A stretch of 64,000 nucleotides of DNA from an uncultured candidate division Zixibacteria bacterium (lineage in GTDB: Bacteria; Zixibacteria; MSB-5A5; GN15; FEB-12): assembly GCA_963806185.1 (NCBI GenBank), contig CAWDXE010000001.1, positions 207,512-271,511 of the forward strand. Reading direction: 5' to 3'. Shown piece by piece: positions 48,941 to 60,482 of this stretch. Each line of letters opens with the position of its first letter. Positions within the stretch are counted from its first letter, which is position 1. A program made the position numbers and the translations under genes. The notes beneath the pieces are model-generated. The model was not told where the DNA came from. It was given only the letters and a program-made list of their open reading frames with translations, and searched no databases.

Positions 48941-49575
48941 GCTGGTTTAGCTCGCAAACCGTTAAGGAGTAAATCGACAATTACTTTCTTTCGTTCTTCA
49001 ATAAACGCGTCGCGATCAGTGAGGGGTCCCATGGTGGCAAAAAGTGGTTCGAGAAAATAGAAACCGATGCTCAACGTGAGAAATGCGGTCATGATCTGGC
49101 GCGGATCAAAGCGCCGGAACTCACCGGTCTCCATAGAATTTCTGAGCCGAACGATCACGTCCTGCGGGAGTCCGGAGCCGAGAATATTCTTGGTCATCCG
49201 GTCGAGGAACTGACGGTCGGGGTTGGCCAATTCACGCATGAGAATGGAACGGACATCGGGCCGGTTTCCAATGAGGGTTGCATGGCGTTCGACGGCGGCG
49301 CGAAGGAACTCCTCAAAAGTGAATGATGCAGACAGATCCTGGCGAATGAGCGACATAGCGCGTTGCTGGAATTCATCGATGACGCAGCCGTAGAGCTCGT
49401 CCTTGGATTTGAAATGATAGTAGATCATCGCCTTATTGACGCCGGCGTGTTCGGCAATACGATCAACGCGGGCACCGGCAAGGCCGAGTTCGGCGAATTC
49501 CAGGCGGGCGGCTTCGAGGATCTTCTCGCGGGTGGTATCGCTAATGGAATGTTCGTGATCGTTCGCTTCTCTCAT
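48937..49575 (-). CDS. TetR/AcrR family transcriptional regulator
   Basis: The N-terminal HTH 'REKILEAARLEFAELGLAGARVDRIAEHAGVNKAMIYYHFKSKDELY' is first in the operon with tolC–hlyD–ABC genes, the same arrangement as E. coli cecR/ybiH–ybhGFSR. Confidence 0.85.
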   Translation of the reverse strand: MREANDHEHSISDTTREKILEAARLEFAELGLAGARVDRIAEHAGVNKAMIYYHFKSKDELYGCVIDEFQQRAMSLIRQDLSASFTFEEFLRAAVERHATLIGNRPDVRSILMRELANPDRQFLDRMTKNILGSGLPQDVIVRLRNSMETGEFRRFDPRQIMTAFLTLSIGFYFLEPLFATMGPLTDRDAFIEERKKVIVDLLLNGLRAKPA

Positions 49576-49710
49576 AACTAACCAGTCAGTTCAACTAAAC
49601 TGTTAGTTATATACGAAAGAAGGGAGGAAAGTTGCAGGAAAATCTGCACTCCCCGTCAAGAATTTTCCTAAGCTATTATACAGCAATATCTTACTTTGTG
49701 ATTATTCCGT

Positions 49711-51303
49711 CTATTTGAGCAGGAGCATCTTCTTTGCTTGGTCGAACCTGCCAGTCACCAGACGGTAGAAATATATCCCGCTGGCGGCTGGCTGGCCGTT
49801 GTCCCCGTAGCCGTCCCAGGTAATCTGATGGGTTCCCGCCGTGAGTTCCTGATCGCCAAAGATTCAGACAAGTTGTCCGAGGCTATTGTAGATGCGAAGA
49901 GAGACCCTTTCTTTCTGTGGCAGACTGAAGCTGATCACAGACTGGCTGTTGAAGGGGTTGGGGTAGTTTTGGGAGAGGCTGAAATCTGACGGCAGCGGCT
50001 CCGGGTCATCGTTGGTCACATCGGTTGGAATCGCTGCGGTCCCGGTCTGGACAAAGAGTCGGCGCTGGTTGTACGGTTCCGGGGCGACAGCGGTATAGCA
50101 AACGGCAAACGATGAAGAGCTTGGCATCGCTGCGATCCAGACATTCTGAACAGATTCGCCCGCATAGGTAATGTTGTCTGAGGTAAGGTGGCTCCACGAA
50201 CGATCGTATAGTTCGAGGTGGTCCCCCGTGTGCGATCGAGTGGTTGCGAGAATAGCAAAGCCATTCTGCAGCGTTACGGGCAGGAGGTTTTCGGATCTCG
50301 CGGCCGGGACCGAGGCCACAAATTCGAACCCGTCCGTTTGTGTGTTTAGTTTGCGGATTTCACGAGCCCCTCTCAGGGCAAAAAACTGTCCGGAGTCGGT
50401 CGTTACATGGCGGACATCGTACCAGGTGGCATCATCCGCAAGATACACGCTGTCGATGACGACGCCAGAGTCGTTAACGCTGTCCAGCGCAATGGAATGG
50501 GTTCGGTAGTACACCTCGGGACGAAAACACCAAGGTTCCATATCCATGTAAAAATAGAGATGGCAAAACAGATCAGGATCGACGATGGATATACCCTGGG
50601 CGGTAGTGATAAATTCCGATCTTCCCCCGGAGGTATGCGCCGAGGGATAGGTATTTGCCCGGGGCAGGCGGAAGTTTTCCTTCTGCTTTGTTACCAGATT
50701 CGTCACGACGACGGAGTGAATATCGCGGATGGTTTCGAACCAATCACTACCGGTGGTATATTCGAGATACAAGAGCGAATCCAGAATCGCACTGCGAACA
50801 TCCCAGGGCCAGACTGTTCTGTCGGATGTTTGCCATTTGCCCAGCAGAATACTCTGTGCGAGTTCATCAGTAGTTGGGACGCTCGATTGGAAAATCGTTT
50901 CAAGGAAGTAAACGGAGTCAACGGACGGCGTGGTAGTTGCGCCGACTGACCGGTCTGTTTTCCAAAGAAGAACGTTATGATTGCCGGCCTTTGTCAACCA
51001 GGCATCAAAAACCATGGCATCGGGAATAACTGATCCGAGAGGAACGCATGATTCGGGGTGGGTCGGATCGGCGATCTTGAATCCGACAAGCTCAGTGTCG
51101 GTAGTCGTCTGACGTATTGCATAAATCAGGATGCCGCTGGAGTCGACAATTATTGACGGCTGACCAAGCGTATGCCCAATTACGGTGTCGAGCATGACGG
51201 CGGGACCCAATTGGATATCTTGTCCGAACGCCGCGCCTTCACAAAGTACGGCAAGCACGAAAAGTGCCGAAATGAACGGCTGGCAAGATACACCGCGAGT
51301 CAT
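49711..51303 (-). pseudogene. secreted T9SS-cargo protein whose C-terminal sorting domain is interrupted by an in-frame TGA at 49864..49866
   Basis: Start MTRGVSCQPFISALFVLAVLCEGAAFGQ (GGAGG upstream). The ORF ends '…NYPNPFNSQSVISFSLPQKERVSLRIYNSLGQLV*'. The same frame continues 'IFGDQELTAGTHQITWDGYGDNGQPAASGIYFYRLVTGRFDQAKKMLLLK*', which is the rest of a canonical T9SS CTD. Confidence 0.6.
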
Positions 51304-51409
51304 AGATCCTCCAGAGGTATCATAGATAATATAGTCGAATTGCGGGAAGTCACAAGGTTGAAACAAGAAGATCGGCGCGATGGCGATGGAGACGCTAACC
51401 AATTGTGGA

Positions 51410-51940
51410 TTAGCGCGTTATCTTGAGCTTCACCCGACCGTCGAGAGTGATCGCGGCGCCGGCCGAATTGGCGAACTGGGCGTTGACGGTGGCAAACAAG
51501 TGTCCCTTGCTGATCGAGTCGATCACCATCTCACCACTGGTCGGTCGATAGATCTTAGATTCGGCCGGCAAATCATAGCGTCCGACCAGATTTACAAATG
51601 AGTTCTCGGCCAGCGGTATGGTCTGAGGCGAAGGTTCACCGGGGAGGTGGACGTACAGGCGGTACCGGAGGCTTTCATCGTAGCCGAGCACTGAACCGTA
51701 TTCGGTGGCGTGGCGCTGTCCCCGGCGGTTCATCGTGACAACGATGGTATTGCCGGTACCGGGCACAACTTTGACGTCGGCGTACGGATCGGCCAGTTGT
51801 GATCCGACGATAAATTCGCGCTGGAGTACTTTGGCATTGCCGCGACTGCCCTCATCGGTAACAAAAAGATCGAGGCGGTAGCGGCTGGTGCAGCCGAAGG
51901 TGAGAAAGAGAAGCAGCGAGACGACAAGTATTCGTCGCAT
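51410..51940 (-). CDS. hypothetical lipoprotein
   Basis: Signal peptide with lipobox 'LFLTFGC'. 176 aa with no recognisable domain. Confidence 0.5.
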   Translation of the reverse strand: MRRILVVSLLLFLTFGCTSRYRLDLFVTDEGSRGNAKVLQREFIVGSQLADPYADVKVVPGTGNTIVVTMNRRGQRHATEYGSVLGYDESLRYRLYVHLPGEPSPQTIPLAENSFVNLVGRYDLPAESKIYRPTSGEMVIDSISKGHLFATVNAQFANSAGAAITLDGRVKLKITR

Positions 51941-51959
51941 GACAGCGGGCTCAAATCAC

Positions 51960-53087
51960 TTAAAGGGGCATCTCCATGATGCGGTATTTCTTATACAACC
52001 TGGCGCCCATATCGGCGGCCGCGCGGTTCATCAATTCGTTCGTCTCGAGAATCCACGACAGCTCGGCCCAGTGGTACCCCTTCTCGCTGCCCTGACGAAA
52101 GGTATTGGTGTACAGCATAAGGTCGATCGCCCGCTTCTGAAATTTGGGGACGACGCCCATGGTGAGCATGCGGACACCGTTGATTTTGTTCCGCACCTTG
52201 GTGTGCCAGAGAAGTTTGAAGATGCCAACGGGGAGCAGGCGGCCGTGGAGGTGGATCAGGGCCTGATTGATATCGGGAAGCGCGAGCGAGAACGCCACCG
52301 GCTCGCCGTCGTGTTCGGCGATGAAGACCATGTCGGGATCGACAATCTGTTTCAGCTGTTTGGCCATGGCGAAGAATTCCTCTTCATCCATCGGCACAAA
52401 GCCCCAATTGGGCGCCCAGGCGGCGTTATAGATTTCCAATACCTTGCGGACTTCATTGTCGAAGTCTCGCATGCGCAGAGTTCGGATCTTAATCCCGCCG
52501 CGTTTTTGCAATGCCTCGGTGACGCGAGCGACCCGATCGGAAATGCCGGCGGTCTTGTCCAACCGATAGGCATTCAGGTCCATGACCTTCTTGAGTCCGA
52601 ATTTCTCGGCCAGTTTCGGCTGGTAGGGATAGTTCCAGGGCATCATGACGGTAGGCGGCAGGTCGAAGCCATCGATCAAAAAACCGATCTCGTGATTGGT
52701 GGAGAAATTCATCGGGCCGCGCATCCGTTCCATCCCCTCTTTCTTGAGGGTGATCATCGCCACTTTGAGCAGCCGCTGGGCGACATCGAAATCATCAATC
52801 GAATCGAAGAAGCCAAAGAAGCCGGTCTTTTCAGCGTGATAATCATTGTGACGGTAGTTGACGCAGGTTGCGACGCGCCCGCACACTTCGCCATCCTTTA
52901 CGGCCAGAAACAGGCGCGTGCGGGCAGACCGATAGAAGGGGTTTTTCTTCGTGTCGAAAAACTCGTTGCGTTCGCTCACGAGTGGGACGACGTATTGTGA
53001 GATACCCTTGTAGAGGGTGGTGGGAAAACGGATAAACTGTTTCAGTTGATCTTTCGACTCAACTTCAACAACATCGAGAGTGGCCAT
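51960..53087 (-). CDS. hypothetical protein, possibly a GNAT/FemAB-like (BioF2-like) acyltransferase
   Basis: 375 aa. It is co-directional with, and 9 nt downstream of, the alpha-oxoamine synthase gene. The fold assignment is a weak recollection of BioF2-like acetyltransferases and is not demonstrated. Confidence 0.35.
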   Translation of the reverse strand: MATLDVVEVESKDQLKQFIRFPTTLYKGISQYVVPLVSERNEFFDTKKNPFYRSARTRLFLAVKDGEVCGRVATCVNYRHNDYHAEKTGFFGFFDSIDDFDVAQRLLKVAMITLKKEGMERMRGPMNFSTNHEIGFLIDGFDLPPTVMMPWNYPYQPKLAEKFGLKKVMDLNAYRLDKTAGISDRVARVTEALQKRGGIKIRTLRMRDFDNEVRKVLEIYNAAWAPNWGFVPMDEEEFFAMAKQLKQIVDPDMVFIAEHDGEPVAFSLALPDINQALIHLHGRLLPVGIFKLLWHTKVRNKINGVRMLTMGVVPKFQKRAIDLMLYTNTFRQGSEKGYHWAELSWILETNELMNRAAADMGARLYKKYRIMEMPL

Positions 53088-53096
53088 AAGAGATTT

Positions 53097-54323
53097 CTAC
53101 GAGATAAGTCCTTTTTCGCGTCCGACTTTGGCCATGACCTCGACCACACGGTCCAGGTGCTTTTCGGTGTGGGTTGCGGTGTACGAGGTCCGGATCATGG
53201 CTTGTCCGGGGGGAACGGCGGGTGAGATCACCGGGTTGGTAAACACGCCGTTGTCATAGAGCGCTTTCCAGAAAGCGAAGCATTCCAGATCTTCGCCGAC
53301 CACGATCGGTACGATGGGGGTCTGCGTGTGTCCGATGTTGAAGCCGAGGCTTCGGAATTCCCGCTGCATGCGCTGGGCGTTTTTCCAGAGCTGTTCGCGC
53401 CGCTGGGGTTCGCTTTCAATAATGTCCAGGGCAGCCAGCACGGCGGCGGCTGAGGAGGGTGTCATGGAAGCGGAGAAGATGAGCGCCCGGGCCGTGTGCT
53501 GGATGTAGTCGATAACGTCAGCCTCACCGGCGATAAACCCGCCCAGCGCGGCAAATGATTTGGAGAAGGTGCCCATGATGAGGTCGACTTCACTGGACAA
53601 GCCGAAATGTTCGGCGGTGCCGGCGCCGGTCTTGCCGAGGACACCGACCGCATGAGCGTCATCGACCATGACCTTAGCGTTGTACTTCTTGGCCACTTTC
53701 ACCAGGTTCGGCAAATCGATGATGTCGCCTTCCATCGAGAAAACGCCATCCACGACCACAAGAATGCCGCCCCGACCGTTGTTGGCGCGCACATTCTTAA
53801 TGACGCGTTCGAAATCTTCCATGTCGTTGTGCGCGAACTTGTAGACCTTGCCATATGAGAGGCGGCAGCCATCGACAATGCAGGCATGCACCTGGCGATC
53901 GATGATGATGGCGTCGTTCTTTCCAACCAGACAAGAAATGGTTCCCAGGTTGGTCTGGAAGCCGGTGGAAAAAACGAGTGCGCGCTCCTTGTGGACGAAT
54001 TTAGCCAGACGTCGCTCAAGTTCCAGATGGAGATCGAGCGTGCCGTTCAGGAAGCGTGAACCGGTACATCCGGAGCCGAATTCCATGGCGGCCTTGGCGG
54101 CGGCTTCTCTGACTTTGGGATGATTGACCAAGCCGAGGTAGTTGTTGGAGCCGGCCATAACGCAGGGCTGGCCATCGACGATGACCTCATCGCCCGGGGC
54201 ACTCTGGATGGGGTGAAAATAGGGATAGATGCCGAGCGCTTTGACATCGTCGGCGGCGGTGAATTTGTAGCACTTCTCAAAGAGGTCAGGAAATGTTACT
54301 TGCGGTGCGTCCTTGGCCTGCAA
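53097..54323 (-). CDS. PLP-dependent alpha-oxoamine synthase (serine palmitoyltransferase / Kbl / BioF family)
   Basis: 'GSNNYLGL', the PLP-lysine region 'IMGTFSKSFAALGGFIAG' and 'VDDAHAVGVLGKTG'. 408 aa with an N-terminal extension resembling SPT-type enzymes. Confidence 0.8.
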   Translation of the reverse strand: MQAKDAPQVTFPDLFEKCYKFTAADDVKALGIYPYFHPIQSAPGDEVIVDGQPCVMAGSNNYLGLVNHPKVREAAAKAAMEFGSGCTGSRFLNGTLDLHLELERRLAKFVHKERALVFSTGFQTNLGTISCLVGKNDAIIIDRQVHACIVDGCRLSYGKVYKFAHNDMEDFERVIKNVRANNGRGGILVVVDGVFSMEGDIIDLPNLVKVAKKYNAKVMVDDAHAVGVLGKTGAGTAEHFGLSSEVDLIMGTFSKSFAALGGFIAGEADVIDYIQHTARALIFSASMTPSSAAAVLAALDIIESEPQRREQLWKNAQRMQREFRSLGFNIGHTQTPIVPIVVGEDLECFAFWKALYDNGVFTNPVISPAVPPGQAMIRTSYTATHTEKHLDRVVEVMAKVGREKGLIS

Positions 54324-54563
54324 TCCGACTCCTTCGTAGTGAGGTTCCGATTCTCGCTTAAGCCGCTCATAAAACCACTTTTGACCGCATTTGTCAAGAG
54401 GTTAGCCGGGGCTGCCAAGCGTAACACGGTCGCAAGACGGTCCATCGAGAGCCATTCAACCTCTTGCAGGACAACGGCAAAAAAACTCCCGACCAACCAG
54501 GGTGGGCAGCCAGCATCAAAACCGTGGCCGATTCTGGCCGAGGTAGCGTGTGACGCTGAAAGT

Positions 54564-55790
54564 TCAGCCTCTCCCCCGATGTCCGCCTCCCCTGGACTTC
54601 AGGCCCAACCCCATGACGGCTGCTGGAATGATGTCTCGGCGGTTGAGCCAATGGTAAAGAATGGCCAGGACCACGTAGGCGATGGCCACCTCAACGCGAA
54701 TTTGTTCGACCAGCAATTGGGCGGCAAAAAGCACAAAGAGCAACAGGCCGTCAAGGCGACTCAGCCGCAGATTAACCAACAGGGCAACAGCAAACAATGA
54801 CTGGGCGGCGGTGAGAATGAGCTCGTGATCCTGCAGAGTGTCGAGCATGAACGGCCTGATAGCGCCGCCCGAGATGGCATAGACGAGAGGAATGGTTCCG
54901 ACCAGCAGGGTCCATTGATTGACTTTCGACGAAATGAGCGCTTTGAGCGCTGAGCCGGCAGCACCCCGAAGGGTCCAGGTGGCGGCGACGATAAATTCCG
55001 GTGACTCCGAGGCGATAGGGGCCAGCCACTGCACCAGCAGGAACTCCTTGATGCCGAGCACTTTGCCCATTGAGACGAGCGATTCGGCAAACGGTTCAGC
55101 GACAAAGAAGATAACGCCACCAGCGAAGAGAAACATCAAGCCGGTGGTCAGCCTTCGCGGCATCGTTTTCATATTCGCCACGATCTTAACGGGGCCGACT
55201 AGTTCTGGTTCATCGGATTCTATCTGAGCGGCACGTCGTGTATACAAGAAGAAGAGTGTCACCAAGATCAGCGTGTCGAACAGATTGAGGCTACCCTTGA
55301 GAGGAATGGTAAAGGAGTACAGGGTGGCCATAGCGAGATAGAAGATCTCGACACGTTGCGTCTCGTGCAGGATGATTTCTTTCTTCTTTTTGGCGATGAC
55401 ATAAAGCAGGAGAATAAACGGCCAGCCGAGCCCGACGAGCAGGCGATTGGCGCCAGTCATGTTGGCTATGGCATAATGGGCCTGGCTGGGATCGTGAGCC
55501 GCTTTCCAGGTGAAGACGAAGTCCACGGCATACTCAGGTAAGACGGCGATGAGCGCGAGGATGGCGACGGCGAGCGATTCCGATATATCGACCTGGGCCG
55601 CTTCGGCGGCCCAGGACAGGATGAAGGCGGCGCCGAAGATCGCGATACCAAAGGCGAACACGCCGATGATGGGCGAGAGCGGGACATGAAACAGGCCGCA
55701 CAGCAGGCCGGGCAGAGTGACGACCAGGGCCACAATGAGAATCAAATAGAGATACGGATCGATATCATACTTTTTGTGTTGATGCTCCAT
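54564..55790 (-). CDS. CaCA-superfamily cation antiporter (Na+/Ca2+ exchanger-like membrane protein)
   Basis: ~10 TM with two alpha-repeat-like segments, 'AVLPEYAV' and 'IASESPEFIVAATW'. Confidence 0.55.
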   Translation of the reverse strand: MEHQHKKYDIDPYLYLILIVALVVTLPGLLCGLFHVPLSPIIGVFAFGIAIFGAAFILSWAAEAAQVDISESLAVAILALIAVLPEYAVDFVFTWKAAHDPSQAHYAIANMTGANRLLVGLGWPFILLLYVIAKKKKEIILHETQRVEIFYLAMATLYSFTIPLKGSLNLFDTLILVTLFFLYTRRAAQIESDEPELVGPVKIVANMKTMPRRLTTGLMFLFAGGVIFFVAEPFAESLVSMGKVLGIKEFLLVQWLAPIASESPEFIVAATWTLRGAAGSALKALISSKVNQWTLLVGTIPLVYAISGGAIRPFMLDTLQDHELILTAAQSLFAVALLVNLRLSRLDGLLLFVLFAAQLLVEQIRVEVAIAYVVLAILYHWLNRRDIIPAAVMGLGLKSRGGGHRGRG

Positions 55791-55822
55791 GAGAAGTTGC
55801 CCCTATTTCACCAGAGACTTGA

Positions 55823-56731
55823 TTAGCCTCGAATTACCATATTGACGATGTCCTTGCGCAGGAGTACGCCGACCAAGTTGTTGTCGTTGTCGGTGACGAA
55901 GACGCGGCGGACGTCCTTGAAGATCATGGCCGCAGCAACGTCAACGATTCGGGTGTTCGGCGAGGCGACCATTTGATCGGTGCGATAGAGTTGGGCCACC
56001 TTGATTTTATCCTCCTGCTTGAGAAGGTCTTCAAATGGTTCGCCGTCGATCGAATATCTCATATATTCAATTTCCCGGGCATCGGCCGGCAGAGCGGCGC
56101 GAATCAAATCTCGATCGCTGATTTGTCCCAGCAGTTTACGGTTATGGTCGACAACGGCGAGCGCCGACAGGCGATGACGAAACATCAGATTGGCAACATC
56201 CTTCAGTGAGTCCTCGGGGGTGACGGTCGCAACGCGGTGGCGCATCACGTCCTTGACCACCAGTTCCTTGTCAACTACCACGTTGGCGTCGGAGATCATC
56301 TTGACGATGTCGGGCGGGCCGGCGGCAGCCAGCAGGCGGGCGAGGGAATCCGGCCGACGAGCAAAGGTAGCCAAGCCGGAGAGCGTCTGTAAATACAGCT
56401 TCGCGATGTGTGACGGAGTCAGCAAGAGGCACACAACGTGCAGCATCTGACCATCACTGGTACGGCCGGCCATGCCGTGCTTTGAGACACCGATGAGGAT
56501 AAACATCTCGGCCACAGCGTCAGTCCGCGCGTGGGGGAAGGCAAAGCCGTGGCCGTAACAGGTATCCTCGATTTCTTCGCGTTCGCGAATAGATCTGAGA
56601 ACAGAATCGTAATCGAATGCCACGCCTTCGGCGACGATCATGTCGAGGAGTTCACGAATCGCCTCGTCTTTTGTCTGAGCGACGAGATCAATATTGATCC
56701 GGCGCTCCATCAGCAAATTAGCCAATTTCAT
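55823..56731 (-). CDS. PTS EIIA-Ntr (PtsN-like) domain fused to a CBS-domain pair
   Basis: N-terminal 'YGHGFAFPHARTD' (EIIA type-2 phosphorylatable His region). Then two CBS motifs (…VATVTPEDSLKDVANLMFRHRLSALAVVD…, …VASPNTRIVDVAAAMIFKDVRRVFVTDNDNNLVGVLLRKDIV). Confidence 0.7.
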   Translation of the reverse strand: MKLANLLMERRINIDLVAQTKDEAIRELLDMIVAEGVAFDYDSVLRSIREREEIEDTCYGHGFAFPHARTDAVAEMFILIGVSKHGMAGRTSDGQMLHVVCLLLTPSHIAKLYLQTLSGLATFARRPDSLARLLAAAGPPDIVKMISDANVVVDKELVVKDVMRHRVATVTPEDSLKDVANLMFRHRLSALAVVDHNRKLLGQISDRDLIRAALPADAREIEYMRYSIDGEPFEDLLKQEDKIKVAQLYRTDQMVASPNTRIVDVAAAMIFKDVRRVFVTDNDNNLVGVLLRKDIVNMVIRG

Positions 56732-56737
56732 ATGTAG

Positions 56738-57400
56738 TCACCTGCCGGTTGTCGCGGGCCGCGACAAATGACGGGCATGAATCAGGTCGGGGGACGCGGC
56801 GCCACCCGATACCAGATACTTCACCCCTTGCTCGACGGTCATATCCAGGACATACGCTTTGTCGGCCGGGACGAGGGCGACGTTACCGGTCATCGGAGTA
56901 GGCGTCGAGGGAATGAACACGGCGATATAGGGGTCGCGAGATCCGTCGACAGCTATTTCCAGACGATGCGTAATGAATCCGATCGCGTAGATGCCGACGC
57001 GCGGATATTCGACCAGAGCAACCTCTTTGAAGGAAGTCGAGGACGAGCCGGCCATCGCTTCCAGAAGCTGCTTGGCGGCGGAATACACCGGCCGCACCAA
57101 AGGCATGCCGTTGAGAAATCGGTCGCCCAGATGGTAGATTTGAGCACCGAGGAAATTGCGCGTAATGATTCCGGCGATAATGATGATGACAAGCGTGGTC
57201 ACCAGGCCAAGGCCGGGGATGGCAAAACCGAAGAGTTTGGTGATGACCGGCTGGAGGATGTCATCGACGGTGCTAAAGAGCAGCCGCAGGACCAGATAGG
57301 TGAGTATGACCGGAACGACAACGAGAACGCCGCTGAGGAAATACCGTTTGATAATGTTGGCCGCACCAGAGAATACCGACATACCCATCCCATCCACCAA
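56738..57400 (-). CDS. DUF502 family membrane protein
   Basis: TTG start. 'IIKRYFLSGVLVVVPVILTYLVLRLLF…' and conserved 'FKEVALVEYPRVGIYAIGFIT' are typical of DUF502. Confidence 0.65.
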   Translation of the reverse strand: MVDGMGMSVFSGAANIIKRYFLSGVLVVVPVILTYLVLRLLFSTVDDILQPVITKLFGFAIPGLGLVTTLVIIIIAGIITRNFLGAQIYHLGDRFLNGMPLVRPVYSAAKQLLEAMAGSSSTSFKEVALVEYPRVGIYAIGFITHRLEIAVDGSRDPYIAVFIPSTPTPMTGNVALVPADKAYVLDMTVEQGVKYLVSGGAASPDLIHARHLSRPATTGR

Positions 57401-57436
57401 TTAGTGCCCGGAGTATAGAATTAGTACGGAATAAAG

Positions 57437-58985
57437 TCAATTGGAATGGAATGTACTCAGTGCGGGGGAATGCAGCCCGTAGGCAGCCGGGATCTGGTTC
57501 GCGAACTGGAGAATCGGCTCAGGGAACAGACCAAACAGAACGACGCCCACCAAGCCAACCATGACCACGATCATCGCGGCACGGGAAGGCCGGAATGCAG
57601 CGGTGTCGGCGGTGGGATTGAAGTACATAGCGCGAATGACTCCGGCATAGTAGTAGAGGCCGAAAACCGAAGTGAGCAGGCCAATGCCGACCACCCAGTA
57701 GAGCCAGGAGAAGCTCGGGCCTACGCCGGCCATTTTGATGGCCGCGGCGAAAACGTAGTATTTCGCGAGGAAACCGGCCAGGGGCGGTATGCCGGTCAGC
57801 GACAGGAGAAAGACGCTGAGGGTACCGGCCAGGAAAGGAGAGCGGCGCGACAGGCCGTTGTAAGCGTCGATTTCGCATGAGCCGGTCTTGTCTTCGATGA
57901 TGGCTACGATGGCAAAGGCACCCATGTTGGCGAACAGGTAAGCGAACATGTAAAAGCCGACCGAAGCGAGGCCGAGCTCGTTGACGGCGATCATGCCGAT
58001 CATGACGTAACCGGCCTGGGCAATCGACGAATAGGCCAGCATACGCTTGATGTTGGTCTGGCGAATCGCCAGTACATTGCCGATCACCAGTGCGGCATCG
58101 CCAGAGCGCCGGCAATGATTCCCCAATCGTTGGGGCTCATGACCGGATCGTAGAAGGCGAACAATCCGTTGACGATGATCTTGGCGAACGCGACCAGCCC
58201 GGCGGCCTTGGAACCGACCGACAGGAAAGACGCGACCGGGGTCGGCGCACCTTCATAGACATCCGGCGCCCACTGGTGGAAGGGCGGCAGCGCCAGTTTG
58301 AAGCCGAGGCCGGCCAGAATGGTCGCGGTTGCCAGAATCAGCACCACGCCGATATCACCGCCATTGCCCAATTGGGTGATGGCGATATTGACTTTCATCT
58401 GCAGAATGTCGGTCGTGCCGGACAGACCGTACAGGAACGACAGACCGTAGAGCAGCACGGCCGAGGAGAAGGCGCCGATGATCAGATACTTGATGCCGGC
58501 TTCGACGGAAAGGCGATCATCCTTGAAGAAGGCGGCCAGCACGAACAGCGGGATGGTGGTCAGTTCAAGGCCGATATACAGCGACAGCAATTCGTTGCTT
58601 GAGCGCCAGAAACATCATGCCGACGGTCGAGAGCAGGATCAGGCCGAAGAACTCGCCGCGATGGTTGATGATCTTTTCGCTGAACGATGCCGAACGACGA
58701 GCCGATGGCCATGAAGGCGGCGCCGAGGAAGATGATTTTGAAGAACAGGGCGAGCGGGTCGTTGAAGAACATCGTCCCGAAGCCAGACCGAAACCGTAGA
58801 CACCGGCGCAAGAGAGCCCACAGAGAAGCCGGCGACAACCAGGCCGACCATGGCGAGGTAGGCGACGCTGTGGCCGACTTACGGCTGGTGAACAGGTCGT
58901 AGGTGAACACCAGGAGCGCCCAGCCGAAGAGAATGATCTCCGGGGCCATCAGCCAAAGGTTATAGTCGGGCAGTGTCGTTTCCAT
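57437..58985 (-). pseudogene. nuoN: NADH-quinone oxidoreductase subunit N (nuoN), split into ≥3 overlapping reading frames by frameshifts
   Basis: The pieces 58560..58985, 58084..58590 and 57437..58126 are colinear with NuoN/ND2. Each piece ends in a short nonsense tail. Confidence 0.7.
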
Positions 58986-58989
58986 ACGT

Positions 58990-60477
<1,488 letters not shown>

Positions 60478-60482
60478 ATGTC

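Noticed and set aside
49864-49866. TGA read as an amino acid (genetic code 4/25 or selenocysteine)
   Set aside because: TGA clearly terminates other well-defined genes in the window (pirin, livH, livM, livG junctions). The position corresponds to a non-conserved CTD residue and there is no evident SECIS.
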